64,000 nucleotides of DNA from an uncultured Verrucomicrobiae bacterium (GCA_963782115.1 CAWAIK010000001.1:800001-864000); one strand, 5' to 3'; counted from the first letter of the stretch, positions 30,197 through 40,539 are shown. Numbers and translations: made by a program. Notes: generated by a model not told the origin, from the sequence alone.

Positions 30197-31180
30197 ATGC
30201 GATTGACCGCATTGCTCCAAAGGATTGTCTCCGCACCTGAGTTCGGGCCGCTTGTTTTGCTGGCAGGCGAAATTCTCGTTTTTACCGTGCGATCGCCGGC
30301 CTTCCTTTCGGCGAGCAACATCAGCAATCTGCTGGCCTTCACTCCCGAGCTCGGCATGATCACTTTGGGAATGACGCTGCTGATGACCGCTGGCGAATTT
30401 GATCTGTCGGTGGGTTCAGTCTTTGGCTTCGCGCCGATCATGATGTGGACGTTCTACAATGCTCACATCGGATCCTTGGAAGTTGGCTTCCTGATCGCCA
30501 TGGGAATTGCTGCTTTGATCGGTTTCATCAACGGATGGATGGTTACCTACCTCAAAATTCCTTCGTTCCTGGTGACGCTCGGAATGCAGTTTGTCGTCCG
30601 AGGAACCGCGCTGTACATCACCGATGGGTTCCCTCAACATACCTGGACTGCCAACTCCATCCTGATGAACCTCATCGTCGGACAATTTGCCGTCGGCGCG
30701 TTCCGGATCTACGCGTCGCTTCTCTGGTTCATCCTGTTCGCGGCGATCCTTGGTTATGTGCTGACGGAGTCTAAGGCAGGCAATTGGATTCAGGCCGCGG
30801 GCGGTAACGAGTACGCGGCTCGCGCGCGTGGAGTGCGTGTCACGCAAACGAAGATATTGCTCTTCATCCTGACGGCGGTCATCTCCGCCTACGCCGGCGT
30901 CACCAGCTCGATACGGGTCTCCGCGGCTAACCCAAACAGCGGCACCGGCTACGAATTGGAGGTGATCGCAATGGTGGTCATCGGTGGCACAGCACTCACG
31001 GGCGGGCGGGGCACAATCATTGGGACGATTATCGGCGTGCTGATTTTGCGCATGATGCGGAACGGCATTGTCCTGGTTGGCGTACCGGGTCTTGCCTACA
31101 ATATTTTTATCGGCGCGATCATCCTCGGGATGATGGCGCTCCACTCCTGGCTTGAACGCAGACACCGCGCGGGGACTTGA
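30197..31180 (+). CDS. Sugar ABC transporter permease
   Basis: GEFDLSVGS, IPSFLVTLG, GGN..AARARG, ELEVIAMVVIGGT. Confidence 0.92.
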   Translation: MRLTALLQRIVSAPEFGPLVLLAGEILVFTVRSPAFLSASNISNLLAFTPELGMITLGMTLLMTAGEFDLSVGSVFGFAPIMMWTFYNAHIGSLEVGFLIAMGIAALIGFINGWMVTYLKIPSFLVTLGMQFVVRGTALYITDGFPQHTWTANSILMNLIVGQFAVGAFRIYASLLWFILFAAILGYVLTESKAGNWIQAAGGNEYAARARGVRVTQTKILLFILTAVISAYAGVTSSIRVSAANPNSGTGYELEVIAMVVIGGTALTGGRGTIIGTIIGVLILRMMRNGIVLVGVPGLAYNIFIGAIILGMMALHSWLERRHRAGT

Positions 31181-31929
31181 CCAAAATGGCAGAAGAACTC
31201 GTGCGCATGGAGCGCATCAACAAGTACTTTGGTCGTGTGCAGGCGCTCAATGACGTCACGGTTTCCGTTCGCAAAAATGAAATCGTCGGGTTGCTGGGCG
31301 ACAATGGCGCAGGCAAGTCAACCCTGATCAAGATCCTATCAGGCGCTCTCAGGCCGGATAGCGGAGAGATCTTCATGCATGGCGCCAAAGTGAAGATGCG
31401 TAATACGACCGACGCCATCGCCCGGGGTATCGAGACGATCTATCAAGACTCGGCGTTAGTGGTCCAGCTCTCGATTGCTCGAAATCTGTTTCTTGGACGA
31501 GAACCGGTTAAAGGGCCGCGTCTCCTCGATTGCCTGGATCAGGGAGCGATGAACGAGGCGGCTCGCCAGTTGCTTAAGCAGGTTGGCATCACGAAAGATA
31601 TTCCACCGACAACCCCAATCAGCGCGTTATCCGGCGGCGAGCGCCAAGCGGTCGCCATTGCCAGGGCGATGCACTTCGAGAGTGAACTGATCATCCTCGA
31701 TGAACCGACGAACAATCTCGGTGTGGAAGAGACCCAGGGAGTCCTGCGCTTCGTCCGCAACGCGCGGGATTCGGGGCATTCGTGCATTTTTATCGCCCAT
31801 AATATCTACCATGTGTTTCAAGTCGTTGACCGCATTGTCGTCATGCGGCGCGGCAAGAAGGTCGCGGACGATATCGATCCGAAACAGACAACCATCGAAG
31901 GCGTTGAACGCATTATTACCGGGATGTGA
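31177..31929 (+). CDS. Sugar ABC transporter ATP-binding protein (single domain)
   Basis: [22 protein letters not shown]. Confidence 0.93.
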   Translation: MTKMAEELVRMERINKYFGRVQALNDVTVSVRKNEIVGLLGDNGAGKSTLIKILSGALRPDSGEIFMHGAKVKMRNTTDAIARGIETIYQDSALVVQLSIARNLFLGREPVKGPRLLDCLDQGAMNEAARQLLKQVGITKDIPPTTPISALSGGERQAVAIARAMHFESELIILDEPTNNLGVEETQGVLRFVRNARDSGHSCIFIAHNIYHVFQVVDRIVVMRRGKKVADDIDPKQTTIEGVERIITGM

Positions 31930-31957
31930 AGAGCGGGTCGGCGTGCGGGCGTCTTTC

Positions 31958-34078
31958 CTAGACCGCCGATAGACGTTCTGCGCAGACCTGCTGGACCAAA
32001 AGGCTAAGGAAGAGGCCAACATCGGTGACGACTCCGATGCTTTCAATCGAGCCTCGGTCGGCCAGCTTCGTGACAACAGCCGGGTTGATATCAACGCACA
32101 CCAGCTTAACGCCGGCCGGAGTCATGTTGCCCACACCAATGCTATGGAGCATCGAACTGAGCATCAAAATCATTTCTGCGCCGGCAATCAGCCGAGCATA
32201 ATCGCGCTGGGCTTCGATCATGTCGGTGAAAACACCGGGCAACGGACCGTCGTCCCGGATGGAGGCGGCCAACGAGAATGGAACTCCCGCACGGACGCAT
32301 TCGTAGAAAATTCCGCTCTTGAGCACTCCCTGTTCGACCGCAGCAGCGATACTCCCGCAGCGCCGAATCGCATTAATCGCGCGGAGGTGGTGACGGTGGC
32401 CGCCATGCACCGGAGTCCCGCGATTCATGTCCACGCCGAGTGACGTGCCAAGCAATGCCTGCTCGATGTCGTGTACAGCCATGCCATTACCGCCGAGCAC
32501 AACCTGCACGAAACCGGCACGTATCAGCGCGGCCAGATGTTCCCCGGCGCCGGTATGAATGACCACCGGTCCGGCCACCACAACCACTTTGCCGCCGCGT
32601 TCGCGGATCCGTTCAAGTTCCCACGCGATCTGACGGACCACGAGTTCGATTTTCCGTTCGCTACTCACCCCGGCACCCATGAACGCGAATTCTGCGGCGG
32701 GGGCGCCGCCCATCCCGCGGTCCTCACGGGATTCGCTCTTGCGCACGGTCTGGATCCCATCAATTCCGACGATCACCCGATCGCCACGCCGTAGATCGCG
32801 CATCAGGCGGACGGTGGCGGTGGGTTGGTTCGGCTCGGAGTCGTCGATGACGATGCACCCGTCCATCCGTTGGCCGGTAATCCGCACCCACCGGCCCTCC
32901 AGTCGTACTTCCGTCGGGTAGATCGTTGTCACGTAAAAATCGTCGGGTGCAACGCCGTCAATCGTGACGGTTTCGATTCGCGCTTCGCTCGTGCGTTGCG
33001 CGGCGGCAGGAATGGACCCGAGTTCGATAAGCTGGCCAATCAGGTTTTCGAGTGCATCCATTGCCGGTGCCGAAACGCGGATTTCCGATCTCGAGGTGCT
33101 CTGACGCTGTTTGCCGAGCTGGAAGTTCAAAATCTGAAAGCTGCCGCCGTTCTGGACGGTCAGTTCCAATGCCCGGTCGAGCAGACCGGAATCAAGCAGG
33201 TGACCTTCCAGACTCAGGACGCGGCTGGAAATCTCGCTATGCGCGTTTGCACCCGGTTTTGGCAACTCCTTGAGCCGCAGCGTCAGACAACGAGCTGCGC
33301 CGCCGGACTTAATGAACTCGGTTAAGGACGCTTCAACGACCTGAAAACCTGCGGCTGAAAGCTGGGTTTTGAGCGAGTCGCTCGCACGATGGAGAACGAG
33401 GGTCTCGCCGATATTCACTGCGTTAGCAGCGAAATGGATCGCGTCGAGTTCGTCAAGGACAAGACGTTTTTCCGCGGGGATCCGGCGTTCGATCTGGGCG
33501 TTGGATCGGGCGTCGAAGGCCGGTGGGTAGTACATCAAAAACCCTCTCTCGAGCGGGCAGAGACAGGTGTCAAGATGGTAGAATCGCTTATCGATGAGTC
33601 GCAAGCTGACGACCTCGACGCCGAGCAACTCGGCAATGAGCGCATGCGAATCGAGTTCTGTCCGGAAGCCGTACCCCGCCCAGAGCACGGGTTGCACGCG
33701 GTCGAAAAGGGCGTCACCTGCGCCTTCGAACGGCAAATCCTTGGGCAGTTCGTGCACCCGGAAGCCGTGCTGCTTAAACCAGTCACGAAAATGTGGCTCT
33801 TCGGCTTGACGTTCCCGGTGTAAGAAGCGGCTCAGAACGGCTTGGTCGCCAAGGACCAGACCTGCGTTAGCGGTAAACACCATATCGGGCGATCCAGCCA
33901 GAGGTGTGATCAATTCAATGTTTCCTTGACCGGAGAGGATGACGTGGAGCCGATGCCACTGTTCGGCGGCCAATACCCCGTTGGCGCGGTCGATGTTACC
34001 TTCCATCCAAGGGTTGATAACATAGTCGACCTGGAAAAACTCCGGCGGACACATCAGATAACGATCAGGCGATGTCAT
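31958..34078 (-). CDS. argZ: Arginine dihydrolase / ornithine cyclodeaminase fusion (TIGR00300 family, ArgZ/AgrE)
   Basis: LMCPP..F.VDYVINPWM, PDMVFTANAG, FEGAGD, FYHLDTC, KSGGAARCLT; LEGHLLDSG, GVAPDDFY, MDG, VSSERK, SIRDDGPLP, MLHSIGVGN, KLADRGS. Confidence 0.88.
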   Translation of the reverse strand: MTSPDRYLMCPPEFFQVDYVINPWMEGNIDRANGVLAAEQWHRLHVILSGQGNIELITPLAGSPDMVFTANAGLVLGDQAVLSRFLHRERQAEEPHFRDWFKQHGFRVHELPKDLPFEGAGDALFDRVQPVLWAGYGFRTELDSHALIAELLGVEVVSLRLIDKRFYHLDTCLCPLERGFLMYYPPAFDARSNAQIERRIPAEKRLVLDELDAIHFAANAVNIGETLVLHRASDSLKTQLSAAGFQVVEASLTEFIKSGGAARCLTLRLKELPKPGANAHSEISSRVLSLEGHLLDSGLLDRALELTVQNGGSFQILNFQLGKQRQSTSRSEIRVSAPAMDALENLIGQLIELGSIPAAAQRTSEARIETVTIDGVAPDDFYVTTIYPTEVRLEGRWVRITGQRMDGCIVIDDSEPNQPTATVRLMRDLRRGDRVIVGIDGIQTVRKSESREDRGMGGAPAAEFAFMGAGVSSERKIELVVRQIAWELERIRERGGKVVVVAGPVVIHTGAGEHLAALIRAGFVQVVLGGNGMAVHDIEQALLGTSLGVDMNRGTPVHGGHRHHLRAINAIRRCGSIAAAVEQGVLKSGIFYECVRAGVPFSLAASIRDDGPLPGVFTDMIEAQRDYARLIAGAEMILMLSSMLHSIGVGNMTPAGVKLVCVDINPAVVTKLADRGSIESIGVVTDVGLFLSLLVQQVCAERLSAV

Positions 34079-34444
34079 GGTAAAGATGCTTCCTATAATC
34101 CAAATCCACTGCTCCGCGATAGAGAACAACGGCGTAACGGCTATCGGGCATCAAACCGTCATCCTCGAAGACAAAGCTATCAGGTGGCATTTTCCTTGTT
34201 CAGGAGAGCACCGGTTTACACCCTTGTACAAAGAAGAAATCGAGGAAGGGTCGCCGGAATCTATTTTTTACTGAAGTGGAGGTACGGACTCGTGCGCCGA
34301 CCGAGTTACCGGTGCCGCGACTCCCTTTGGAGAGTCGGTAGGATCTTTTGCTCATTGGATCATTACGCTCGCTCCTGTAACCGGTCGTAGACGGCTTTAT
34401 TCGCCTTCTCTTAAATGAAATTGGATTAATTTTCGAAACCCATG

Positions 34445-36388
34445 TCAACTGGTTCTATTTGGCGCGATGTTTGCTGCTGCCTTCAGCACGAGGTGAAATG
34501 CAACTTCTGCCAGACTTCCATATTCCGCGTGCTTGGTAAGCTTCGCCTGAACCAATAACGGCGAACTCAACCCGCACAAGAAGCGTGCAATCTGTCTGGC
34601 CGAACTCAGTGTTTCGGGGTTTTCCTTTTGCAGCGCAGTGATTTTGTCACGGTCCAGTTTTATCGGAATTGTTTCTCCAACTGCCCGAATGACCCTTGTG
34701 GAGTTGCCAGAGCAGCTGCTGCAATGCCCGCAATCTCGCCCTAATTCTTCACCAAAATGCTCAAGCAGATGCCGGACAATGCACCCAGGCTCTTCAGCCA
34801 GTAGAACAACCTGCCGGACGCGGTCGACATCGTTGCGCTCGCGTGTTTCGAAGCGTTCGATCAACTTCTGTTTTAGAGCAGGAATGTCGGTCGGAGGTGT
34901 CTTGATGCGGTACCCTTGGCGCAACCCTGCAACTTTGAGCGTCAGATCACCTTGCTCTTCGAGATAGTTGAGCGCTTTGATGATGCGTGATCGCGTCGTG
35001 CCAAGGCGGCCAATGGTCGCATTCAGATCGATACTGAACCATTTCTGTCCCTTTGTTGCGCCCGCAAATATGGCACTCAGAAACTTTGCCCGCGCAGTAT
35101 CAAATTTCGCGACAATTTCATGCGATGGTTTGAGCGGTCTGAACTGGTACTCGTTGTAAAACGGTTCCGTTGACTCAATCACGTCAGCCAGTTCAATATA
35201 AGTGAGCAATGTGCCGGCGACCAATGGCCGTACATCGTAAGTGCGAGACAATTCATAAAGGGACAGATCAAATTCACCATCATGTCGCACAATGGCGTCA
35301 ACGATCCGGCAAACACTCTCTGCGGCGGGGGTATCGCCGTAGGTAAAGTTCTCAAGCACGGTCACGTCGCCGCCGCAGGCCAGCATCTCGCAGATCGACT
35401 CTTTTCCGTCGGGGCCCGCACGCCCGATCTCCTGGGAATAACTTTCGAGGCTCTTCGGCAAGTTGTAATGGTAGACATACCGGATATCGGATTTATCAAT
35501 TCCCATTCCGAAAGCGATCGTTGCCACAACAATCGCCTCCGATGATTCCATGAACCAATCCTGAACCGTTTCTCGTTCTTCGTTTGGCAGGCCCGCATGA
35601 TAGGAACGCGCCGGAAAACCCTTCCGGGAGAGTGTGTCCGCGACGGTTTCGGCGGTCCGCTGCAAGGTCACATAAACAATCGTAGAACCTCCTGGACGAT
35701 CTTTGAGACGCGCTAACAAAAGATCAATTTGTTCGTTTGATCGGCAGGGTGTGACCAGCAATGTCAGGTTTGGACGGTAAAAACCGGTGTGAATAAACGC
35801 GTCGCCGGCAATACCGAATTCCCGGCAGATGTCGTCAGCAACAGCACGCGTGGCGGTCGCTGTAAGGGTCAGGACGCGTTGGATCCCGAGAGTACGCGCG
35901 GTTCGAGCTAATTTTAAATAATCAGGTCTAAAATTATGACCCCATTCGGAAATACAATGCGCTTCGTCAATCACCATCAAAGCGATCTTGAGTCCGCGCA
36001 GTTTCTGGAGGAAACGCTCGTTGGAAAAACGTTCCGGTGCAACGTAGAGCAGCTTTAGACGATCGGCTCGCAAGTCTGCGTCGATTCGACGGACCTCGTC
36101 TAGATCAATGGTGGAATCGAGCCGTGCCGCAGGGATATTTCGTTCGCCTAAAAAATCAATCTGATCTTTCATCAGCGCGATCAATGGTGAAATGACCAGG
36201 GTGAGACCGTCGAGAAGAAGCGCACTTAACTGATAGCAGAGACTTTTGCCACTGCCGGTAGGGAAAACCGCCAATGCAGATTTACCTTCCAGAATTTTGC
36301 CAATGACGGCCTCTTGACCTTCGCGGAACATGTTGAAACCGAAACGATTTTTCAGTGTCGAGTGAATGAGCGTGTCGTACGAATCCAT
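34445..36388 (-). CDS. recQ: RecQ-family ATP-dependent DNA helicase
   Basis: PTGSGKSLCYQ, IDEAHCISEWGHNFRPDY, LTATA, ATIAFGMGIDK, C..CGHCSSC zinc site. Confidence 0.92.
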   Translation of the reverse strand: MDSYDTLIHSTLKNRFGFNMFREGQEAVIGKILEGKSALAVFPTGSGKSLCYQLSALLLDGLTLVISPLIALMKDQIDFLGERNIPAARLDSTIDLDEVRRIDADLRADRLKLLYVAPERFSNERFLQKLRGLKIALMVIDEAHCISEWGHNFRPDYLKLARTARTLGIQRVLTLTATATRAVADDICREFGIAGDAFIHTGFYRPNLTLLVTPCRSNEQIDLLLARLKDRPGGSTIVYVTLQRTAETVADTLSRKGFPARSYHAGLPNEERETVQDWFMESSEAIVVATIAFGMGIDKSDIRYVYHYNLPKSLESYSQEIGRAGPDGKESICEMLACGGDVTVLENFTYGDTPAAESVCRIVDAIVRHDGEFDLSLYELSRTYDVRPLVAGTLLTYIELADVIESTEPFYNEYQFRPLKPSHEIVAKFDTARAKFLSAIFAGATKGQKWFSIDLNATIGRLGTTRSRIIKALNYLEEQGDLTLKVAGLRQGYRIKTPPTDIPALKQKLIERFETRERNDVDRVRQVVLLAEEPGCIVRHLLEHFGEELGRDCGHCSSCSGNSTRVIRAVGETIPIKLDRDKITALQKENPETLSSARQIARFLCGLSSPLLVQAKLTKHAEYGSLAEVAFHLVLKAAANIAPNRTS

Positions 36389-36464
36389 CGTGTCCAAAGA
36401 TCTTCCGGCAGAATGATATAACATGCAATAACAATGTAGTTCCAATGAGGAGACAGGAGACAGA

Positions 36465-37040
36465 AGGCGTCAAGCAAACCCAGAATGTGAGGAAGAGCAA
36501 TGTAATTCGGATAGAAAACAAGACTTGGAAACATAATACAGGGACCCAGTGGGAAAAGAGCCCCACCCGGCAAAGGCTAGCCACCAGCCGGCAGCGAACA
36601 TTGCGTAGTCGACAGCGATGTCGGCACGAAGCATATGGAGCAGGTGCAAAGCCGTGTGATTGAGCCTCGAAAAATGTTCAACGTTGGAGCCTTCGTAGTC
36701 CTGACCGCGGGGGCAGAATCGAAGCGCCGCAAATGGCTTGGCGTGGAGATCCGGCCGGGGTCTGAGAGCAGGGCAAAGGTATGAAAGGGTTCCCTGGGAA
36801 CTTGAGAGATCCGACTGGCTTTCTCCTGAGAGAAAGAACCGGAGCGATGCGGCGAGACCGGTAGACCAACGCCCAGTCCGCAGCGGGAGCCACTCCAAAA
36901 GCCCGAGGCGAGCGAAAGACGGGGAGTCAAGGAGGTAACCGTCGTTCGAAGGACACGAAGAGCGAGGGGACGAGCAGCCGGAAGCCTTAGCATCCTCATA
37001 GTACCGACAGAAAAGTGGGGAACCAATCGGGGGGCCCGCT
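36465..37040 (+). ncRNA. Second group II intron 5' fragment (domains I-III); no RT ORF, DV or DVI seen
   Basis: Colinear, highly similar copy of 19404-20000. Confidence 0.8.
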
Positions 37041-37066
37041 ACGGGCTAAAAAATGACCAGCTGCCA

Positions 37067-37106
37067 TTCTGTAACTTCTGACTCCTGGCTCCTGGCTCCT
37101 GACTCC
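37067..37106. repeat. Heptamer array (CTCCTGR)n; right arm matching GGAGACA x2 at 36449-36462
   Basis: TTCTGACTCCTGGCTCCTGGCTCCTGACTCC. Confidence 0.75.
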
Positions 37107-37174
37107 AAAATTAAGTCGCCCCTCCTGAAGTTCCATAGTAGCCTCACTCATTCGTCTGCCCAAAAATCTTCCTA

Positions 37175-38764
37175 TTGTCTACGACTTCACCGTGTAAGCT
37201 TCCCGTGCGCAAAGCTTTGTCGAGATTGTCCTGGGTCCTGTTCGTGATTCCCGGGGTTGCCCTCTCAGCCGCGCCGCAAATTGAACCGGAGGCGACCCCT
37301 TATTTGCCATACGTCCCCGCCCACTTTCCGTGGGTTAAAACTTCCTGGCTGCAAAATCTTGCCGAGCAATTTTCCAATGATATTGACGTCCTGTCGCTCC
37401 AGTTTAGCTCGATCCTAGGGGGATGGAGCCGACAACCCCTTCTTTTCGCGATTACTCCCGCTAAGATTCTGCTCTTATTGCTGATTCTCACGATCGGGTT
37501 CGCACTCGCTGGACTGGCCCGAGTGGTCATCCTGAAGAATTATTCGCTCACCCGCTTCAAGCCTAATACCGGACGGTTTTGGCGGGACGGGATTCTGTTT
37601 GCGTTGCGTAGAGCCGTGAGCGGATTTTTTATCTTTACGGGTGCATTCTTCGCTTCGGTGCCGCTTCTTCCACACCTTGGACTAGCACTCGGCGGCTTTC
37701 CGACGTTTGCGATTGCCTCGAAGGTGGCTCACCTAGGTTACTTCGCAACAGGCGTCGGATTTTTCCTGCGGATCGCCCACCTCGTCCAGCAATGGCTCAA
37801 CGATTTTGTCAACCGGCCTTCCGTCCGCTGGTACTACAGCGCCTTTCCGGTGCTTGGACAGGCGCTCTACTACAACTTGATTCTCTGCTCGCTTTCGACT
37901 GCGATCTATATCCTCGGACTGCCGGTCCCCATTCAAAACGCGGGGTTCAAGATAGTTTCCATTGCCAGCATCATTGTCAACACCCTCCTGGTTATTCGGG
38001 CGGTGCTCGCCGTGGAGGCGATGATGACTTCCAGGTCAGAAATGATGCATTACGACGCCTACAAGAAGCGGCGGATGGAAACCCGCGTCCAAATGATTCG
38101 ACGGCTGCTCGTGTTTATCATTCTGGTGGTCGCCATCGCCGCGATCCTGATGAATTTCAAAGAGGTTCGCCAGATCGGAACCGGGCTATTGGCCTCCGCC
38201 GGCGTAGCCGGAGTGATCGCGGGGTTCGCTGCGCAGAAATCGCTTTCCACGATCATTGCGGGACTCCAGATCGCGATTACCCAGCCTATGAGGATAGACG
38301 ACGTGGTAATCGTCGAAGGCGAGTGGGGCACAATTGAAGAGATCACGTTAACTTATGTGGTAATCCGCGTCTGGGATCAGAGGCGTCTGGTGGTTCCTAT
38401 TACCTATTTTCTGGAGAAGGCCTTTCAGAACTGGACACGCAATAGCTCAGACCTGATTGGGGTTGTTTTCTTTTACGCCGACTTTCTCATTCCGATCCAA
38501 GAGATCCGTGCCGAAGCTCAGCGCGTCGTGAATGCATCCAAACTGTGGGACAAACGCGTTTTCGTGGTTCAGGTCACGGATTTCAGATCCGATTGCGTCG
38601 AGATTCGTATTCTGGCCAGCGCCGAAACCTCACCGACGCTTTTCGATCTTCGGTGCGAAATCCGCGAAAAGATTCTTATTTTCCTTCAGGAGCGGTATCC
38701 GACTGCCTTTCCGCGAGTTCGGACGGCGCTTTCGCGCCTCCCTGCCAAAGATCCCGCGACTTGA
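37175..38764 (+). CDS. MscS-family mechanosensitive channel
   Basis: LLASAGVAGVIAGFAAQ, QPMRIDDVVIVEGEWG.IEEITLTY, FQNWTR. Confidence 0.92.
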   Translation: MSTTSPCKLPVRKALSRLSWVLFVIPGVALSAAPQIEPEATPYLPYVPAHFPWVKTSWLQNLAEQFSNDIDVLSLQFSSILGGWSRQPLLFAITPAKILLLLLILTIGFALAGLARVVILKNYSLTRFKPNTGRFWRDGILFALRRAVSGFFIFTGAFFASVPLLPHLGLALGGFPTFAIASKVAHLGYFATGVGFFLRIAHLVQQWLNDFVNRPSVRWYYSAFPVLGQALYYNLILCSLSTAIYILGLPVPIQNAGFKIVSIASIIVNTLLVIRAVLAVEAMMTSRSEMMHYDAYKKRRMETRVQMIRRLLVFIILVVAIAAILMNFKEVRQIGTGLLASAGVAGVIAGFAAQKSLSTIIAGLQIAITQPMRIDDVVIVEGEWGTIEEITLTYVVIRVWDQRRLVVPITYFLEKAFQNWTRNSSDLIGVVFFYADFLIPIQEIRAEAQRVVNASKLWDKRVFVVQVTDFRSDCVEIRILASAETSPTLFDLRCEIREKILIFLQERYPTAFPRVRTALSRLPAKDPAT

Positions 38765-38858
38765 TGTCAGACCGCAAACGAACGGCGAATGCTATTGCAA
38801 CCTGTCTCAAGACTGATATACCAAACGCAGAACTGGTGCGCTCGATCGGGGAACCACC

Positions 38859-40355
38859 ATGGAATCATCGGAACTCGTTACCACGAATCGTAAGGCTCTC
38901 ACGATTAATCTCGATGAGCCGAAGTACGGCACGTTCGCCGAAATTGGTGCGGGTCAGGAAGTGGCCCGCTACTTTTTCCAGGCAGGCGGTGCTGCCGGAA
39001 CGGTGGCGAAATCCCTTTCCGCCTACGACATGAAATTTAGCGATGCCTTCTACGGGAAGTCGGCTCGCTACGTTTCGCGAGAACGATTGGAACTGATGCT
39101 CAATCGTGAATACGATCTGCTGGTTCATCGCCTGGAGGCCATGCGAGGCGACCGCTCTGCTTTCTTCGTCTTCGCCGACACGGTGGCTGCCAGAAGTTTC
39201 AAAGGGACAAACGAATGCCACGGCTGGATGGGAGTTCGATTCCAGTCCGAGCCAAAAGGGCCGGTAAGCGATATTATTCTGCACGTCAGAATGTTGGATA
39301 AGGAAAATGTCCTCCAGCAGCAGGCGCTGGGAGTCATAGGCGTCAACCTGCTCTATGGCGCTTTCTATCACGCCGCCGATCAAGATGGCTTTATTCGTTC
39401 CCTTGGGGATAGCTTGGCTCAGGGTCGTATCGAAGTTGACATGATTAACTTCGCCGGGCCGCTCTTTGCGAATGTGGACAACCGGATCATGAGCCTGAAA
39501 CTCGTGGAGCATGAACTCACCAACGCGGTTTTGTTCAGCCCCAAAGGCGAAGTGATCCAGCCTTCGGAAATACTCTATAAAAAAGCGATCATTGTGGAGC
39601 GCGGAAGTTTCCGACCGGTCACGCTCGTAAACCAGGACATGATGACTTGTGCCCTGGCTCAGTTTAGCGCTGAACCGGTTTTGAAGGGTGCAAGCATCGT
39701 TGTGCTGATGGAGATCACGATGCATAACCTCCTTGCCACTGGAAACATCGATTACCAGGATTTTCTGGCCCGCATCGATTCCCTCGCGGCCACCGGCAGC
39801 AATGTGTTTATTTCCAATTACCTGGAGTTCTACAGGTTGATCGGTTACTTCCGGCGCTATACCAAAGAAATGGTTGGAGTGGTCATGGGCATCAATAATC
39901 TGCTGGAGGTCTTCAACGAGAAATACTATGAGAATCTCGACGGAGGCATTCTGGAATCGTTCGGACGCCTTTTCCGCAACTTGGTGAAGCTCTACATCTA
40001 TCCGATGCGGATCAACGCCTATGACAGATATTGCTCACAGCATCCGTCCGAATCTCCGACCACCGGTTTGGGAAAATCCGAGCATCCTCTTGCGATCGAC
40101 GTCTGGATCAACGCCATCAATCTCCAGGTCGAAATGCATCTTCGCAATCTCTATGCTCACCTCCTGGAAACCGGTTATCTTGTGCCGATCGTAGGAAGCA
40201 ATCCGTCGGTGATGGATATTTTTTCTCGGGACGTGCTGGCGAAAATCCAGCGCGGCGAATCCGGTTGGGATACCATGGTGCCGGAAAATGTCGCCGCGGT
40301 TATCAAGGAGCGAGGGCTTTTTGGTTTCAAGGATTTAGGGCTTCCAAAATCGTAA
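38859..40355 (+). CDS. Uncharacterised nucleotidyltransferase-like protein (nicotinate-nucleotide adenylyltransferase-like family)
   Basis: KALTINLD..YGTFAEIGAGQEV, GGAAGTVAK.SAYDM, HGWMGVRFQ, RGSFRPVT, IFSRDVL..I..W..MVP. Confidence 0.75.
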   Translation: MESSELVTTNRKALTINLDEPKYGTFAEIGAGQEVARYFFQAGGAAGTVAKSLSAYDMKFSDAFYGKSARYVSRERLELMLNREYDLLVHRLEAMRGDRSAFFVFADTVAARSFKGTNECHGWMGVRFQSEPKGPVSDIILHVRMLDKENVLQQQALGVIGVNLLYGAFYHAADQDGFIRSLGDSLAQGRIEVDMINFAGPLFANVDNRIMSLKLVEHELTNAVLFSPKGEVIQPSEILYKKAIIVERGSFRPVTLVNQDMMTCALAQFSAEPVLKGASIVVLMEITMHNLLATGNIDYQDFLARIDSLAATGSNVFISNYLEFYRLIGYFRRYTKEMVGVVMGINNLLEVFNEKYYENLDGGILESFGRLFRNLVKLYIYPMRINAYDRYCSQHPSESPTTGLGKSEHPLAIDVWINAINLQVEMHLRNLYAHLLETGYLVPIVGSNPSVMDIFSRDVLAKIQRGESGWDTMVPENVAAVIKERGLFGFKDLGLPKS

Positions 40356-40539
40356 GCCATTTTCCGGCTTGGATTTAATCTGGAAATCTTGCCAGCCAAA
40401 GTACTGGCAAGCTTTCCAGGCTGGTCTGTGGCCGGTAAAAGGGCATGGGCAGCTTCAGATATCAGGGCTACTTTGTCTCCTGTCCGGCACCTGGCTGTTC
40501 TACACCTGGCTGTTCTACTGAACCACAAACGAATCGAAG

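Noticed and set aside
34140..34448. Small ORFs between argZ and recQ
   Set aside because: No recognisable motifs; multiple stops in the plausible frames.
38865..39725. Long antisense ORFs (e.g. 286 aa here, 41079-41873, 59038-59886, 30416-31165)
   Set aside because: Shadow ORFs opposite well-supported genes in GC-rich DNA.
40488..40517. 15-bp direct repeat CACCTGGCTGTTCTA upstream of ftsH as a heat-shock operator
   Set aside because: It does not match the CIRCE or HAIR inverted repeats; likely a simple duplication.
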